This document shows positions 51,301 through 64,000 of a stretch of 64,000 nucleotides of DNA, in pieces. Source of the stretch: Kudoa neothunni (taxonomy: Eukaryota; Animalia; Cnidaria); NCBI GenBank assembly GCA_964304625.1, contig OZ199838.1:5111487-5175486 (forward strand), in the 5' to 3' direction. The notes under the pieces are model-generated. The model saw only the letters and a program-made list of their open reading frames with translations. It did no database searches and was not told the DNA's origin. Each line of letters begins with the position of its first letter. The stretch's first letter is position 1. The translations under genes were made by a program, and so were the position numbers.

Positions 51301-53621
51301 ATTTTGTGTCCGGTAACGGCGCTGTTAACCTTTATAGGTTCACTGGGAATTTTGTATTTGATGTAGGTGGTAATTTCGTTCGCATTTTTCTCATTGAAAA
51401 TGTGCGTATCGGATATTTTCCATACCGACAGCAAAGAAACATTAGCTTTGACAATGACTTCTTTGAATGGTTTATCGATCAGCTCGGGGTCGGTACAAAC
51501 AATCAAATTGTTTTTCTCCACTTTGATCACAACTCCCAATTCGTGACGGTAGCAATTGTCCAGCATGTCGTCCAGGAAAATCACGTTATCAATACGCCAA
51601 GTTTCAGTGTTGCGAAGAGGTTCCGAGGGGCCGCCACCCCCACTAGCATCACTTGCAACAATGCCGGCGGATCCGTAAATAATAGGCCCACTTGTGGTGG
51701 TACTAGTGCAACCAACGCTAGAGGTGACGTTATTATGGCTATGATTAACGTCTGCTGGGATGACAGGGTTGATAGAGGAATGAGGTGTGGAAGAGCGAGC
51801 GCGTTTAGTAGGTTTACCAAATTTTGAGGTCATACCAAAAGTGCCTGGATCACGATAATCCTTCACCACTTCAACGACAATATTGTGTGGAAGCTCGGTG
51901 ATATCACTGGTGATTCTACCAAAACGTAATGTGTCACTGGATACATCTACAACAAGTGATCCTTCGCGATGAAGAGGACAACGAAAGTTGTACACTTTGG
52001 AGCCGACTGAAAAGTTGTTTGATTTGTTTCGATCTTTGATTTTCAATTCGTTCATGTATGAGAATTGTAACGGCATCAACATTGGCATTGATTTCAATCC
52101 CCAAAAGAAAGCCTGGCCATTCTCCATCAATATAACCGCGTACGAACTGCAAACACTGATTCTCTTTACGGCACTGTTGTTGGGCATTGGAATCTTGTGA
52201 TTGAGTTCGGGCAGAAATGGGACACATCTATCCAAAAATGTGTACACTTTATTGGTGTCAGTGGAGAAACACAATCTCAAAGGAGATGCATCCACATGAA
52301 CAACTCGTTCTTCAGTCACTCCCAGTTCTAATAACCGTGTGTGGCTGTGAAAACCCCAAGATGTGGGTTGTTTGTTTTTGGTGTTGATTAACGGCTTCAA
52401 TTTGCGCCAATTCCATTGATGTAATCCACCCAACTCATCCAACATCACCAAATCTGATCTCATTGCAAATATACGTTTGATTTTGGCATTGCCATCCATA
52501 CTCCACCATATGGGGGAAGGCACCTCCACACACACATCAGTTTCACAGTCCAATCTATTTGGAGATGTGCGTGGTTGGTTGAGTGAAGTGTCTTGGCGGG
52601 TTCTAGGTGGAAACAAATTTTGTTGAAAACGCATGGATAGCGGACGTGTATTATTTCCAATATGTGTCACATCACCAGGATGATTAAGTTGTGATGTGAT
52701 ATTTGGGACTACATTAAGTGCACCACTATCATCACCACCATTATTTCGATTGGAAATTTGTGGCTGTTGTTGTTGTTGCTGCTGTTGCAATTGAGCGGAG
52801 GGAAAAAAAGGCCTTAGGGGGTTATAACTGGCGGGGTTTGTCGAAAGTGGATTGTCAACAGTCCGCTGCGTGTTGGGATCAATATAAAACCTTGTATTGG
52901 AAGGGACTTGGGAGGTCACACGCCTAGTCAACGCAAGAAGTGTGTCATCAATGGTAAGATTATTCTGTGCTAGCGCAATTGCAATCATGTCTCTTGGAAC
53001 TTGGGGGAAATCATGTTGAACTCTATCGATCAAATTATCGGGTATAATATTGCGCGAAATTCCACGTAAACGTCTCAACTGATGAGGAATAGTGGAATTA
53101 GCCAATGAGTTGCGTAACTCAAGAGCTTCGTCTGGATTAATATCGTTTGCTAATAGAGTTTGACGTTGTATCGCTAACGTATTTCTATCATTGGATTGTG
53201 TTGCCGTACTGTCGCCAGCTAAATTGAAACAAAGTACCGTCAAATAAAGGAGGTAGGCGAATCAAAAAATCCCTACCATCCAATGAAAGTCTAGGTCTTT
53301 TACGATCTTTGTTCTTCTCATTCGCCCTAGGACTGTTGTCGTGTTTGGATTTCTTTTGACTCACTTTATACACCAAACGACAAACTCGTCCATCCTTAAA
53401 AATACCATCTAGCTAAATTACAAATATAATAAATATGTTACTTTAGTCAATAGCGCTATATGCTTGTCAGAAATAGCACAATCTATAAACTCTTCGTTGT
53501 CACACTTGAAGAAATCGTCAGCTCTAAATTTTGTTTCATTGATTAATCAAACTATGAATATCAACTGCTACAATATTACCCCTTATCATTTCGAAACGTA
53601 TTTTCAAATATTTTCTTCCAA
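45326..53621 (-). CDS. UBR5: E3 ubiquitin ligase UBR5/EDD/hyd (UBA, UBR box, degenerate MLLE, HECT)
   Basis: 5' exons give HIALLTK|DGRVCR (cf. HAAFLLEDGRVCR). UBA reads IIPDNLIDRVQ. UBR box reads CSFTWSG..HIKQDIYQCYTC...CCCSQCASVCHYGHNC. The 55-nt intron 45830-45776 joins to the HECT C-lobe LPTANTC...FGFV*. The start codon was not resolved. Confidence 0.96.
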
Positions 53622-53849
53622 CTACAAACAAAACAAATTAATCATCATATTTAAATATATACATCTTAACAAATTAATACAAAGGGCGGTGAAAATAATT
53701 AATAACTAGGCAACCCTTATTATGTGAGACTATTAACACATTTGATTATTAATTGTGACATATCGTTAGAAATATCACCCAATATTTTATGATATAACAA
53801 AAATTAGTGAGATATGTTAAAAACTGCTTTAAATGTCATGATTACAAGC

Positions 53850-54854
53850 AAATAAACTCATAAAATCATACTAATATCAATAGATCCACTAAAAATTTAT
53901 CAAACAAATTACCAGTCAAACTGTTGGTTGTAAGTAGCTCCTTTAGCATAGATAAAGTATTTAGGGTCGCTCATCAGAACAATTCAACAAATGGTCTACC
54001 CAGCAAACTCTACAATACCGGGATTTATGGACGATAAATACCGACAATTTCTACGACGTTCCATCGTGCGCCGGATTATTTGCGCATTTTTAATCCTAAT
54101 TTAAATCGATTGTTTTGTTTCTCTTTTATTTGTTTTTGATAATTATCATTTTTTATGTAATATCCAAGTGAACAACCAAACCAATGTTCACAACAATTTT
54201 TTATGAATATAGCGTGTGTTACAACTGATAAGATAAGCTATTGTAATATTCGTCAATACTTTGTTTCTGTTATTTGTTGGAACGAATAACAAGTTTTTGG
54301 TGATTCATTTATGAAATATTATTTGACGTTATTTGATTCAACATCGATAGATGATGAATCAAAACAAATTTATTCCATTTTTAAAATCTGCTGGATTAAA
54401 TGTATTATGTGATCTTTCATTGGACTTAATAATGATATCCAACTTATTAGAGACTATTTCTAATCTATATCTCATGTATTATTCCCCTACTGATTCAGCG
54501 AAATGGTGTTCTTGTTGAAAAATTCCTATCAATACTGTCACATGCCCTCGCATCAGTAAGTCCGCCCGTTTAAATAAGATAAGGAGAGTTGATAAGGAAA
54601 TGTAAGGTCGTTAGACAATGTACTGGTTGATAGAAGTCAAATTTGTTAGTGAATTCGACACAAAAAGGATACTCTGAGAGTATCTAAATATATTTAATTA
54701 AGTGTGAATCGAAGGACAACCCAATAATAAATTTGTTAGTTTATCTATTAGCATTTAAATGTACAATATTTTTAAGTCATTAGATTTATTCGAAGTCCGC
54801 ATCATCGCAGCCTATATAGCTGTCCAATACATAGAGGAATCTGCGTATGGCTGA
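53850..54854 (+). CDS. Possible multi-exon gene divergent from UBR5
   Basis: Several short open segments are bounded by GT/AG (SLIRTIQQMVYPANSTIPGFMDDKYRQFLRRS; AIVIFVNTLFLLFVG; MMNQNKFIPFLKSAGLN; RNGVLVEKFLSILSHALAS). A full model could not be closed. Confidence 0.35.
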
Positions 54855-55859
54855 CGTTTAAGACTTTAAAATGATATAACTGATTATATTTACTAGATGT
54901 AAACAATACATACGAAATTAGCTTACTAAAATTAATACGATACTATAAAGGTAGGATGAAAACGTTAATTGGCTTAGAATTATGACGTATTCGCTCTATT
55001 CCCAATGTTGGTTATTTTGATAGTATGTTGGTAAAATACGTCTTATAGACTAAGTTTTAGTAGGTTAGTGTAAGTCAAACAATAAAAACTTAGGTTTGTA
55101 TTAATTTAATTATAGCTGAAGTATTTAGTGGTCTGTTGATAGTTTTTTATTCTCATATTAAGTTAAAGAAAAATATTAACTCAAATTTTAATTGTTATTT
55201 CGAAAATTATCTATATACATATATATATATATATATTTATTATCGCTATATTAAGTATAATGTATCGAAGATTTGAAATGATTAAATTTAAAACTACAAT
55301 ATTTACAATCATATGATGTTGTTGTGAAATGAAGTCAATATTGCACGTTCGGCTCCTGCTTTCCCTGCATATAATAGTGTAATTATATTTTTATTTAAGT
55401 AAGAATCATGTATTTATCCATATATACTATGTAGTTAACATTAATTTCATATATGGATATTAATTGCATTATGGATATTAAATTCATGTATAGATATTAA
55501 GAGCATACAGGATCATTATGTTTTACAGTAGTAGATTGTGACGCTTTATTAGTGTTTCGACATGAAATACTTTTTCTTAGTTTTCAAAAATTAAAAGAAA
55601 TTGGGGTTGTTCGAAAATTGTAATTTAGTCAGCAAAATATTATTCGGGTCATTATATGTACATATTTTTTGTGTGCTGTAAATTAGAAAATAGTAATCGT
55701 GTGCGACCTTTCAGATTAGTTTGCTGATTGTATCATTCGAATTTCTCTAGGAATTTACAACTGTAAACTAAATCTTTTATTGAAGATAGGTTAATGTTAC
55801 TTATCCAACAGATATCTATTTTAGAATGGCAAAAGATTTATTAAATAAGCAGAATATCC

Positions 55860-56460
55860 AAAGCTTGGGTTTTTTGCGTCAACCTTGGGCTCTTGGGGGT
55901 TTTTTCATTTGTGTATAAAACTAAATTTATATTTGAATAGTTAGGATATTTATGGATGAAAATAAAATTTAAAATTAAGAGATGTTCAAAATGTTCCTAT
56001 TTTGATTGTTACGCTAAATTAAAAATTGTATAATACTTCAAATGAGCCCCATATTGGAGGAGGTAGCACGTTTCTGCATGAGTGTTGCCTCAGTATTACA
56101 TTCTTAAGCGTTAGTTATTGATTTTACTTGATTGTATGCGGTATTATATCGAATTTCATGATTAACTTCATCATTTGGTCGCATTATTAATCCTTGCCGA
56201 ATGAATTTTCCCTTGATAAATTCCTAATGATAAAGCAAGTTAACTTATTGTAAGCGTAAGCAGTAAAATGCACACAATTTGCAAAAAAATTAATTAGGCA
56301 AAATAGTAATACGTGCTTGGCATTATACCCCACAAAAAATTATTATAAGAAATGAGCAATGATGCTGTTAATCATAAGTATCTTTTTATCTTGAAATTTC
56401 CAAGACAATCTTTGAAACAAAGGTCAGAACTAGGGAACAATGATTAACCGGCGCTGTAGA
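55860..56460 (+). mobile_element. hAT remnant related to 41590-42315
   Basis: Subterminal TTGGGTT/TTGGGG repeats. AATGAGCAATGATGCTGT...TATC at 56351 resembles the reverse complement of about 41666-41698. Confidence 0.45.
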
Positions 56461-57951
56461 CCAGAAACCAGAATTAAATAATAATTTTTTAAATATTCGA
56501 ATATTTTTTAATATTTGTGTTTTATTAAAAATTTATTTTGACATCCTGGTATTTCCAAATTAAATCTCAGGCCTTAGTTTACTTCAAAATATCGTTATCT
56601 TATTTTTGTAGCCGTTGAGTTGTACCTTTTTTTCAATATTGGTCATTAAAGTTACATATGTTCTCAATTGTAAAAATAAGTGAAAGAATTTTGTTGATAG
56701 ATATGGCTGAGTTATAGCAGATTATATATGCCAGAATGTCTGCTAATATAAATAATGAAAAATTTTTGTTTACCTATAAGTTTAGTCGATAAATTTTAAG
56801 CGTATATTTAAATGAGAAAGCATATTTACACATCTTATGATAACGAATTAATGTTTCTTAATTGTTTATTCATCATATATGCGCCTGAAGATATCTTCTC
56901 GTTACATCATCTAAAAATAAACCCTTTTATATGACAATTGGCACATTCACATGGTACCCATGTGTATGAATGGGTGTGAATGACGCCAGAAAAATCCATA
57001 ACGTATTCTAAGGAAATCAAACAATTACTGGAGTATATAGTATCTTAACGTTTAAATCTATTTATGAATTTAAATAAATTTCTGTAATTTTCGATGATAA
57101 TTGATCAAATTAATTTTCCAATAGATACGGATTGTTTTAAGATATGATATCGCCATTAAGAGTTTGCGTGAGTAGACGTTCCATTCTTAATTATTATAAA
57201 AATTCTAAATTACAGCATTACTAATCTATGCAAATGGTAAATGTAGAATGTAATGAACATAAACATGGATTGAATGTTGTATTACTTTATCACAATAATA
57301 AAAGTTTTGAGGTATTTTTCAACATAAGAAGTCTATAGTTATTGTTAAAGTTTTAAATGAAATAATTCGAATGGAGGATGGCTTCATGTTAAAAAGTAGT
57401 AATATGTGAATAAAAGTAATAAAGTTTAGTAAAAAATGGCGAGTCTAATAATGAGAAAGATTCGGGTAATAAAAATAAAAACCGATTAAATAGTAGAGCT
57501 CTCGCTTTAATTAAGCAAGTCAAAATATCCTGATTTATTGAACGAATGGTTTTATCCAATAATTGGTGAATCTTTTAAATTACGGATTTGTGCCTCCTAT
57601 TTTAATAAGCTCTTTTGACGTATAAATGAAACAAAATGATATAGGTGGTTATTGTATGAAGAAAATTGAAACCCAAAAGTAAATAGGAATGAATAATACT
57701 GATCAGAGTTGAGGCAAGAGATAAAAAATTATCTGAATTATAACAGAGTAAGAAATTATGAAATCACACATGATACGTTGTTGATAAAAAAAGGTTAAAA
57801 TCTTTCAAAACCAAACTCGTACTCGTTTTCTGGAATTCATCGAATTTGTTAAAATATCACCAACACGCTCTAACGTTTTTACTAACAGGTATAACAGATA
57901 TCAAAAAAAGTTTATGATTTTTAAAACAGATTTGCAGCCTTAACAAATGAA

Positions 57952-58560
57952 ATGAATGACGCGCGCAACGAGTCTCCGATTTTAGCGCAAACGGACCTGA
58001 GAAAAATGAAAGTGAGCTCATATCTGTTTAAAGAACAACGCAAAGGTACTTTTCAGAATTGGCCTATATCATCCCCTAGAGCTAAGTGTACCGTTGAAAA
58101 TGTGATGTTCTCCCCTTGATTCATTAGTTGAAGTTTAAATAGTTAATACAATGCGGTTTCATTCATCATCCTACAGTGGACAGTCTTGATAACACTATGT
58201 GCGTGTTTTGTATGTGCGAAATTGCTGACTGGAATGAAAACGATGATCCAAAGTAATAGGTTTTTAATGTGTGGTTGATGAGAGTGGCTTTTATGCTGTA
58301 CAGATTAGAACATTATCGAACTTCGCCATTATGTCCTCTTCTCAATATGCCAAAAGATGAGATTGATTGGACTTTAGAGGATGTCATCACCATGCTTTAT
58401 AAACAGAGTTCTAATAAGCTGGTAATTTAAGCTATTTTCATAATTTTCTATGCCATCGTAGAGAGCTAGATATGAGGAAATCGAAGCAACGATAGATGGT
58501 GAAATTGAAGCAACTAGAAAAACTTTTTTAGCCTACACTAACAAAACTACCCTAAAATAA
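57952..58560 (+). CDS. BIRC5: Survivin (single BIR plus C-terminal helix), 158 aa, 4 exons
   Basis: Exons 57952-58101, 58143-58252, 58304-58421 and 58462-58560 encode ...FKEQRKGTFQNWP...CTVENLIQCGFIHHPT...CVFC.....W....DP..EH......C. Zinc ligands C/C/H/C are intact. Internal exons are 110 and 118 nt, as in human BIRC5. Confidence 0.95.
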
Positions 58561-59186
58561 CACTCAAAAATCGTTCGCCATTACGTCCATCAATGAATAT
58601 ATATTATATTTTTTTTAATAATAAATGTTGTGTTTATTTGCGTTTTTAGTTTCTTTCAATTTAGGAATTTAAGATCAAACTTTGAAAATGTTTATTCGTT
58701 AACAAAAATTTAATCCTCCCCGCCTAGTTTTACCTAGAGTTAATAATTTCTAATTCTTATCTACTCGCTTAATAGTCAGATAAAATTACGTTCAGTTTGT
58801 TCTAAAAAATAAACTGTGTTTGGAATACGCATATGGGAGCCTTTATAGTTAAAAATTCAAGTGCATGCGTAAGCGCGTTCTTTTATCTGATTTGAGTGGG
58901 CCAATAAAAGTAGGTCTAAATATCACTAATAGGGACACATTTTTATTTAAAATAAATAAACGTTGAATTTTGGGTTACTTCATCAAGAGGATATTGTCAC
59001 AGCCTTCTTCGTTGTCGATGCACATCCATAAATGGCATTAATTGCATCTAATGTATTCGAATGTTTGTGCCATACAACGATAGTGACTGATTTTTGCAAT
59101 TCTGTTCGGGTAGTGTTTGATTTGGGATACGTAAAGTATATGATAACGTCTTATAATTTACAGCTCATAATTATAAAAACAATATA

Positions 59187-60195
59187 GAGTCGAACCCCGT
59201 TTACCCGAAAATGTTAGGACCTGGCATTTTCCTTTCAAATACTGAAATTTCGGGTAAACGAAGTTTGCAGGCGCGCATGCGTGGCAGGGGATTTGCAGGT
59301 TGGTTACATACTTTATTTTACATTATTCAATGTTTGTTTTATATTTTTAAAGAAAATTCTACTACATATAAGTTATACTAGTGAATACAATATGAAAACA
59401 TTAGTTTAAGGCACAATAGTTCTAGATCCAATGTATCCGGCGCACGCGCACTGTGGATATGCGCGACCTTACCACCGCTGCGCCATATTAAAATGATGCA
59501 TTCTAGATTCTAAAAAATGGACTATTATTATTGTTAATTTTTTTATAATTTCTTTTCTATTTGGATATTGTGAGTTGTATTAATAATGATGGTAAGAATA
59601 ATAAAGTAACAATGAGGAGTATTTTCCCAGAATTCTCCATAACGATATTTAGAATTTCCTCATTAATTAAAATATGTCATATTCCAACAATTTATTATTG
59701 ATTAATGATTGTTAAGACTCAATAAGACTTAAAAGTGGAGGTGTTATGAGTAAAAACTGATGTGTGAACATTGTTGAATTGAGTCGATTCGGTGGATAAA
59801 TTGATTTTGTGAAGTCAATGCTAGTTTGTGATTAAACATTCCAATAAATTCAATTCTTATGTTTTATTACTAATGAAAAGAAAAGATATAGGGGAGTTCG
59901 TCTTTACCCGACATTTATTCGTTCATCATGAGCATGGTTGCATTTTGAACATAAAATAATATATTATCTACGTTACGCCATTTCTATTAATGAAACATAA
60001 ACTTAAATTGAATAAATAACGAGCATATGTATCAAAAATACAAATGCAGATGCCATTTTTACCTGCAAATTCTAGCAAAAAGTTGTTTTGGATTGCGGTT
60101 GCTGGAATTTCGGTTTAACGAAATTTTTTTATTTAGAATCTACATCATTTTCAAATAAATATTAAAAAATCATTCGGATAAACGGGGTTCGACTG
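59187..60195. mobile_element. pogo/Tigger-type MITE
   Basis: TA TSDs and TIRs GAGTCGAACCCCGTTTACCCGAA / TTCGGATAAACGGGGTTCGACTG. Internal TTCGGGTAAACGAA repeats. Confidence 0.88.
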
Positions 60196-61383
60196 TAAAA
60201 TAATCAATGTTTTTCGGGTTCTTAAATTATGTATTTATTTAACAAACTATTTGGAAACATTTAATTAAATTTATCAACCTTCAAGGAAAGGTTGAGGGGT
60301 ATTCGTAACTCCGTTTCAGATAATCTCTCATTTGCATTAGTAATCCTAATTGATTTTTAATTAATAGCCCTTGAAAATTTTGCAGGAAGATTAAAGTCTT
60401 TATTTTTGAACTTAGATAACAGCTTTCGTTCCCAAATTGTTTAAAGTTTTAGTGTTCTCTACACACAATGATAATTTCTTCTTAAACATCCGTGATATTT
60501 TTGTAATTTTACCGTAAAATAATAATTAAAAATTTGTTTATCGAATTATATTTATATTTTGAAATTATAGAAAAGAGTATGTGTGGATCAGAAAAATTTC
60601 GATAGTTCTAATTGGGCCTGCCTCATTTTTCATATATTTTTACCTTCCAAAGATTATTCGATATAACTAAGTAATTTTTAAGTTATTAGTTATGCGATTA
60701 ATGAACCGTTTAAATTTTATAATTTAACTCCTTTTAATAGGTTTTCGTAAAATCAAATAAAATATTTTCTACTAATCTAATACTATTGACTATAAATATA
60801 AAAATTCCCTTAAAGTTTATAATTTATCCATTAATGGCTAACTAAAATTAAACAATATATCTTGATTATCTCATAATATATATAAAATAAAAAATTGTCA
60901 TCATTCTAAATACCTCATATAATTATTAATTTCCTCCCTTCGGATCTAGATTCACATGCCGACCTCAATTCGCAAAATTGTGCACATAAAACATTAAAAA
61001 TAGCCCGACTATTGGCATGATAACATTTATTCCAACAACGACACGAACACATGCGCACTGGAAATTTTTATTTCAGCAACTCTTACTTACAGGCTGTTTA
61101 CAGATTTAATTTTATTGAATCTACTATAGTTAATTATTTCCGATCCACTGCTCCTCTCTTAGAGGCCATAAATGATTAAATGTTGTCAAAACTAGTGCTG
61201 CCCGAAATTTAGTTACCATGACAACAATCGCTTCCTTATTTGTTTATAACATCAGTTATGATAGACACATGCATGCAAATAAATAGGAATTAAAATTCAT
61301 TGTGACAAGTTAGGTATATTAGATAAGAGGCGGTTTGCAAAAAAGTAGGATATATCTATATTCACAAAATCTATAGATCTATA

Positions 61384-63401
61384 CTAAAGGTTTGGATTTT
61401 TATGATTTTTGTAGTTTTTCCGATTGTAGAGATTTGATGAGTTATTACTAAGGTTGATAAGTGACTTTGCTTTAGATTCGTCCGGCATTTCTTCAGCCAA
61501 TTTGGGGAGTATTTTATTAAATTCGTCAATACCAACAATATCTACTGCTTTTACACGGAATTCAGCCGCTGGTAATTGCCCCCTGGCAAAATTGGCACAA
61601 ATTTGCATAAAATTAGCCAAGGTCAGATCGTTATTTTTGCAGGCAGATTGCACCATTTGGTAGAGATTAGAACGGCTTATATTAGTGGGTTGTTCAACTG
61701 TATTTCCATCTGAGTTCTGACCTTGTGAGTTGGATGTAGAAACAGAACCAAACGATTGATTATTGGGAGATGGGGATTCATTTAACTCAATCTCAGGTGA
61801 AGTTGCAGCGACATATGTATGTGTGTAGGATGACTTAGATTTCTTTTTCTTTTTACTACGATTTTTATTATTTTCGGTAGTTACATCTAGATTTTTAATT
61901 CCAAGCGAATAAGCAAGCGCATTTTTTGGAGGTGTATTAATCGAGAGAGGTTGATATTGAGGTTTCTTTTTATGTGATAATTTGGGAGCTCTATCCCATA
62001 TAATAGACTCTCCCGGAAATTTCTGACCATTCGAAATTGGGAATGATGGAAAATCTTCCTGCATCCTTTCTGTTTGATGAGGCCGATCACCATTTATCAA
62101 TGGACTATTGACGATAGAGGGCACATTATCTATACAACCAATCAACTTAAAACACATTTACAATGTTTGAATTACTTCTCATTACCGCAGTTACGTTTGA
62201 TACATTATTTTGAGCTGTGCTAGAAGGTGGGAGGACAGGAAACTCAGTATTAGTAGAAGGTTCAATAGTTGGGTAAACAGATCTTGAATGGGCAGTGTTA
62301 TTTGGGATTCTGGCAAATCGTGCCGCAGGCAAATCAGCTTCAATTCGCCTTGACAAAGGATTCAAATGCGGAAAATTATCATCATTCAAAATAAGTGAAC
62401 GTTGATGTGACGCTTCATCTTCAGCTATTCTCATCTCGTTCACAATATCAATAATATTTCTGCGGTTATCCCGAGTGGCGTTAGGAGAATTGGTTGTCCG
62501 ATTGCGGCGAGATTGGGTCGTTGACTCATCGCCATCGACGGCGTTTGGTTGAGAGAATTGCATGAGATCTTCGCTCGAAAAGTCCAACAATCTCTTACGT
62601 TGTTCTTTACTAAACAAAGACGTGTGCTGTTGAACTAGATGACGATGGTATTCGATTTTACTGGCAAAAACTGTCAGACCGAACCTTGCACATTCCCCAT
62701 ACTCACAAAGAAAATGGTAATTTTTAAAGTGTTCTGAAAGATCATTGTGTGTATTGAATACGCTGACCTTGTTGGTCCGGTCACAAACATCGCATTGAAA
62801 ATGACAGGTTTTACGATGAGAACGTAACACAGTTTCATTAAGTACATATTTATCACATAGTACACATTTAGGATGAATTTTAAGGTGCACCAATAGATCA
62901 CATGCTTTATACAGCTCATAATCTTTGGGAAGTTTTTTCAAATACTCCACACACACATAACAAAATCGTAGCTTGTGAACATCTTGATGATGCTTGCTCA
63001 TCGTATGAACACTGTCAAATATGACTTTGCATTGTGTGCATTGAGGAGCTCGTATAGCGGTTGCCGCATCAATATTTTGTCGATTACCATACATATTTAT
63101 ATCTGTAATTCTAAAAAATGCATTGCTTGAGGGTTTAAACATATTCTCTTTCAGTGCATCTTCGCTTTCATACTCAGGAAACGGATGTCTGCTCAATACG
63201 ACCTTGAAAAACTCTCGTTAGAACAATCCAATCATAAAAATCTACCCAGGGAAGTTCATCTCGACAAATAGGACATTTGAAATCACCCACTATACCTCGT
63301 AACGTCCAACAGCACGACACACACATGAAATGACTACAACTAGAGTAAGCAACAAGATCAAAATCTTCTAGACAAATGCTGCATGTTTGCTTTAAAATCA
63401 T
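61384..63401 (-). CDS. ZNF598: Ribosome-collision E3 ligase ZNF598/Hel2; 3 coding exons
   Basis: RING CSIC...CSHFMCVSC...CPICR. Intron 63245-63203 gives ELPW|VVLS. C2H2 array (HPKCVLC, HFQCDVC, HFLCEYGEC). Intron 62175-62130. C-terminal PAH-like FARGQLPAAEF...LPKLAEEMPD. Confidence 0.92.
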
Positions 63402-63482
63402 GGCGTTTTCTGTTCAGGATTATAGAGCTTGCACCTGTAACAAAAACGAACACAAATATAACTACTTGAATTCATACGAAAA

Positions 63483-64000
63483 ATGGCGTCTTCGTACGAA
63501 TTACCCCTCAAAAGTAATGAATAGCGTATATATTGCTTGGATTTATTTGAAATAATCCATGGTTATCTGAAATTTAAATCATTTATTTATTTTACCATTC
63601 TCTTCCAGCTACATTAATATTTTGTGCCGTTTGCATGCATATAAGCTTCAGTTAATAAACGTCCTCTTAGCCGGAGCAAATTTAATCCCATGTGTGATAG
63701 TTTTTATCATAGTTACCTGTATATTGTCCATTGTTACTACAGTAATGATTTTGAATGATTGATTTTGTCAGAATCTAAAATATAAACTACTTGTATCACT
63801 TATTAAAGGAGAGTTGTTAGGAATATAGGTAAATATCATGTGTGAACATGATATTTAGGACAGCATTTCACTCAGTTGAGGATGCGATAATCCGCCACGA
63901 TGAATACAGAGACAATTTGTACCCTAACCCTCCAAGCATTTTTGGGATCTAAATGGGCCCTAGGCCGACTTTAATCGCAATTCACTGCTCACTGGAAACG
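63483..64000 (+). CDS. Possible 5' part of a gene head-to-head with ZNF598
   Basis: AAAATGGCG start followed by a GTAATG donor, a TTCCAG acceptor at about 63608, and an open hydrophobic stretch LIPCVIVFIIVTCILSIV. Exon phases were not reconciled. Confidence 0.25.

Noticed and set aside
46106-52927. Many short ORFs overlapping UBR5
   Set aside because: Shadows of a long coding exon, with no independent motifs.
55212-55237. (TA)n tract, and poly-Q/poly-N codon runs in UBR5 and DYRK
   Set aside because: Ordinary microsatellite or low-complexity sequence.
1-64000. CRISPR arrays, prokaryotic operons or defence systems, rRNA
   Set aside because: No regularly spaced repeats or rRNA-like sequence. 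The DNA is intron-containing animal nuclear sequence.

Overview
AT-rich eukaryotic nuclear DNA from an animal, as shown by UBR5/hyd and a survivin with human-like exon boundaries. Spliceosomal introns are very short, mostly 38-61 nt. This fits a reduced parasitic metazoan such as a myxozoan or mesozoan, but the taxon is an inference. Most genes are broken up by these introns, so the ORF track misses or splits them. Manual splicing gives SEL1L-like (1087-3625), a SILK/RVxF PP1-interactor candidate, an intronless HSE-driven cytosolic HSP70, and an orphan ~894-aa type I membrane protein built from eight Cys-stapled FN3-like repeats (16899-20133). It also gives a PDZ-less PSMD9/Nas2 (28688-29076, absent from the ORF track), a possible pseudo-GTPase, a DYRK kinase, UBR5, survivin/BIRC5 (57952-58560, absent from the ORF track) and ZNF598. 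Intergenic space is filled with decayed DNA transposons (piggyBac, hAT, Tigger/pogo, Helitron-like) and a tRNA-derived SINE, including a nested stack at 21.6-28.2 kb. The best leads are the orphan repeat receptor, the survivin lacking its phospho-H3T3 pocket residues, the truncated PSMD9, and an apparent minimum intron length of about 38 nt that skips good AG acceptors.
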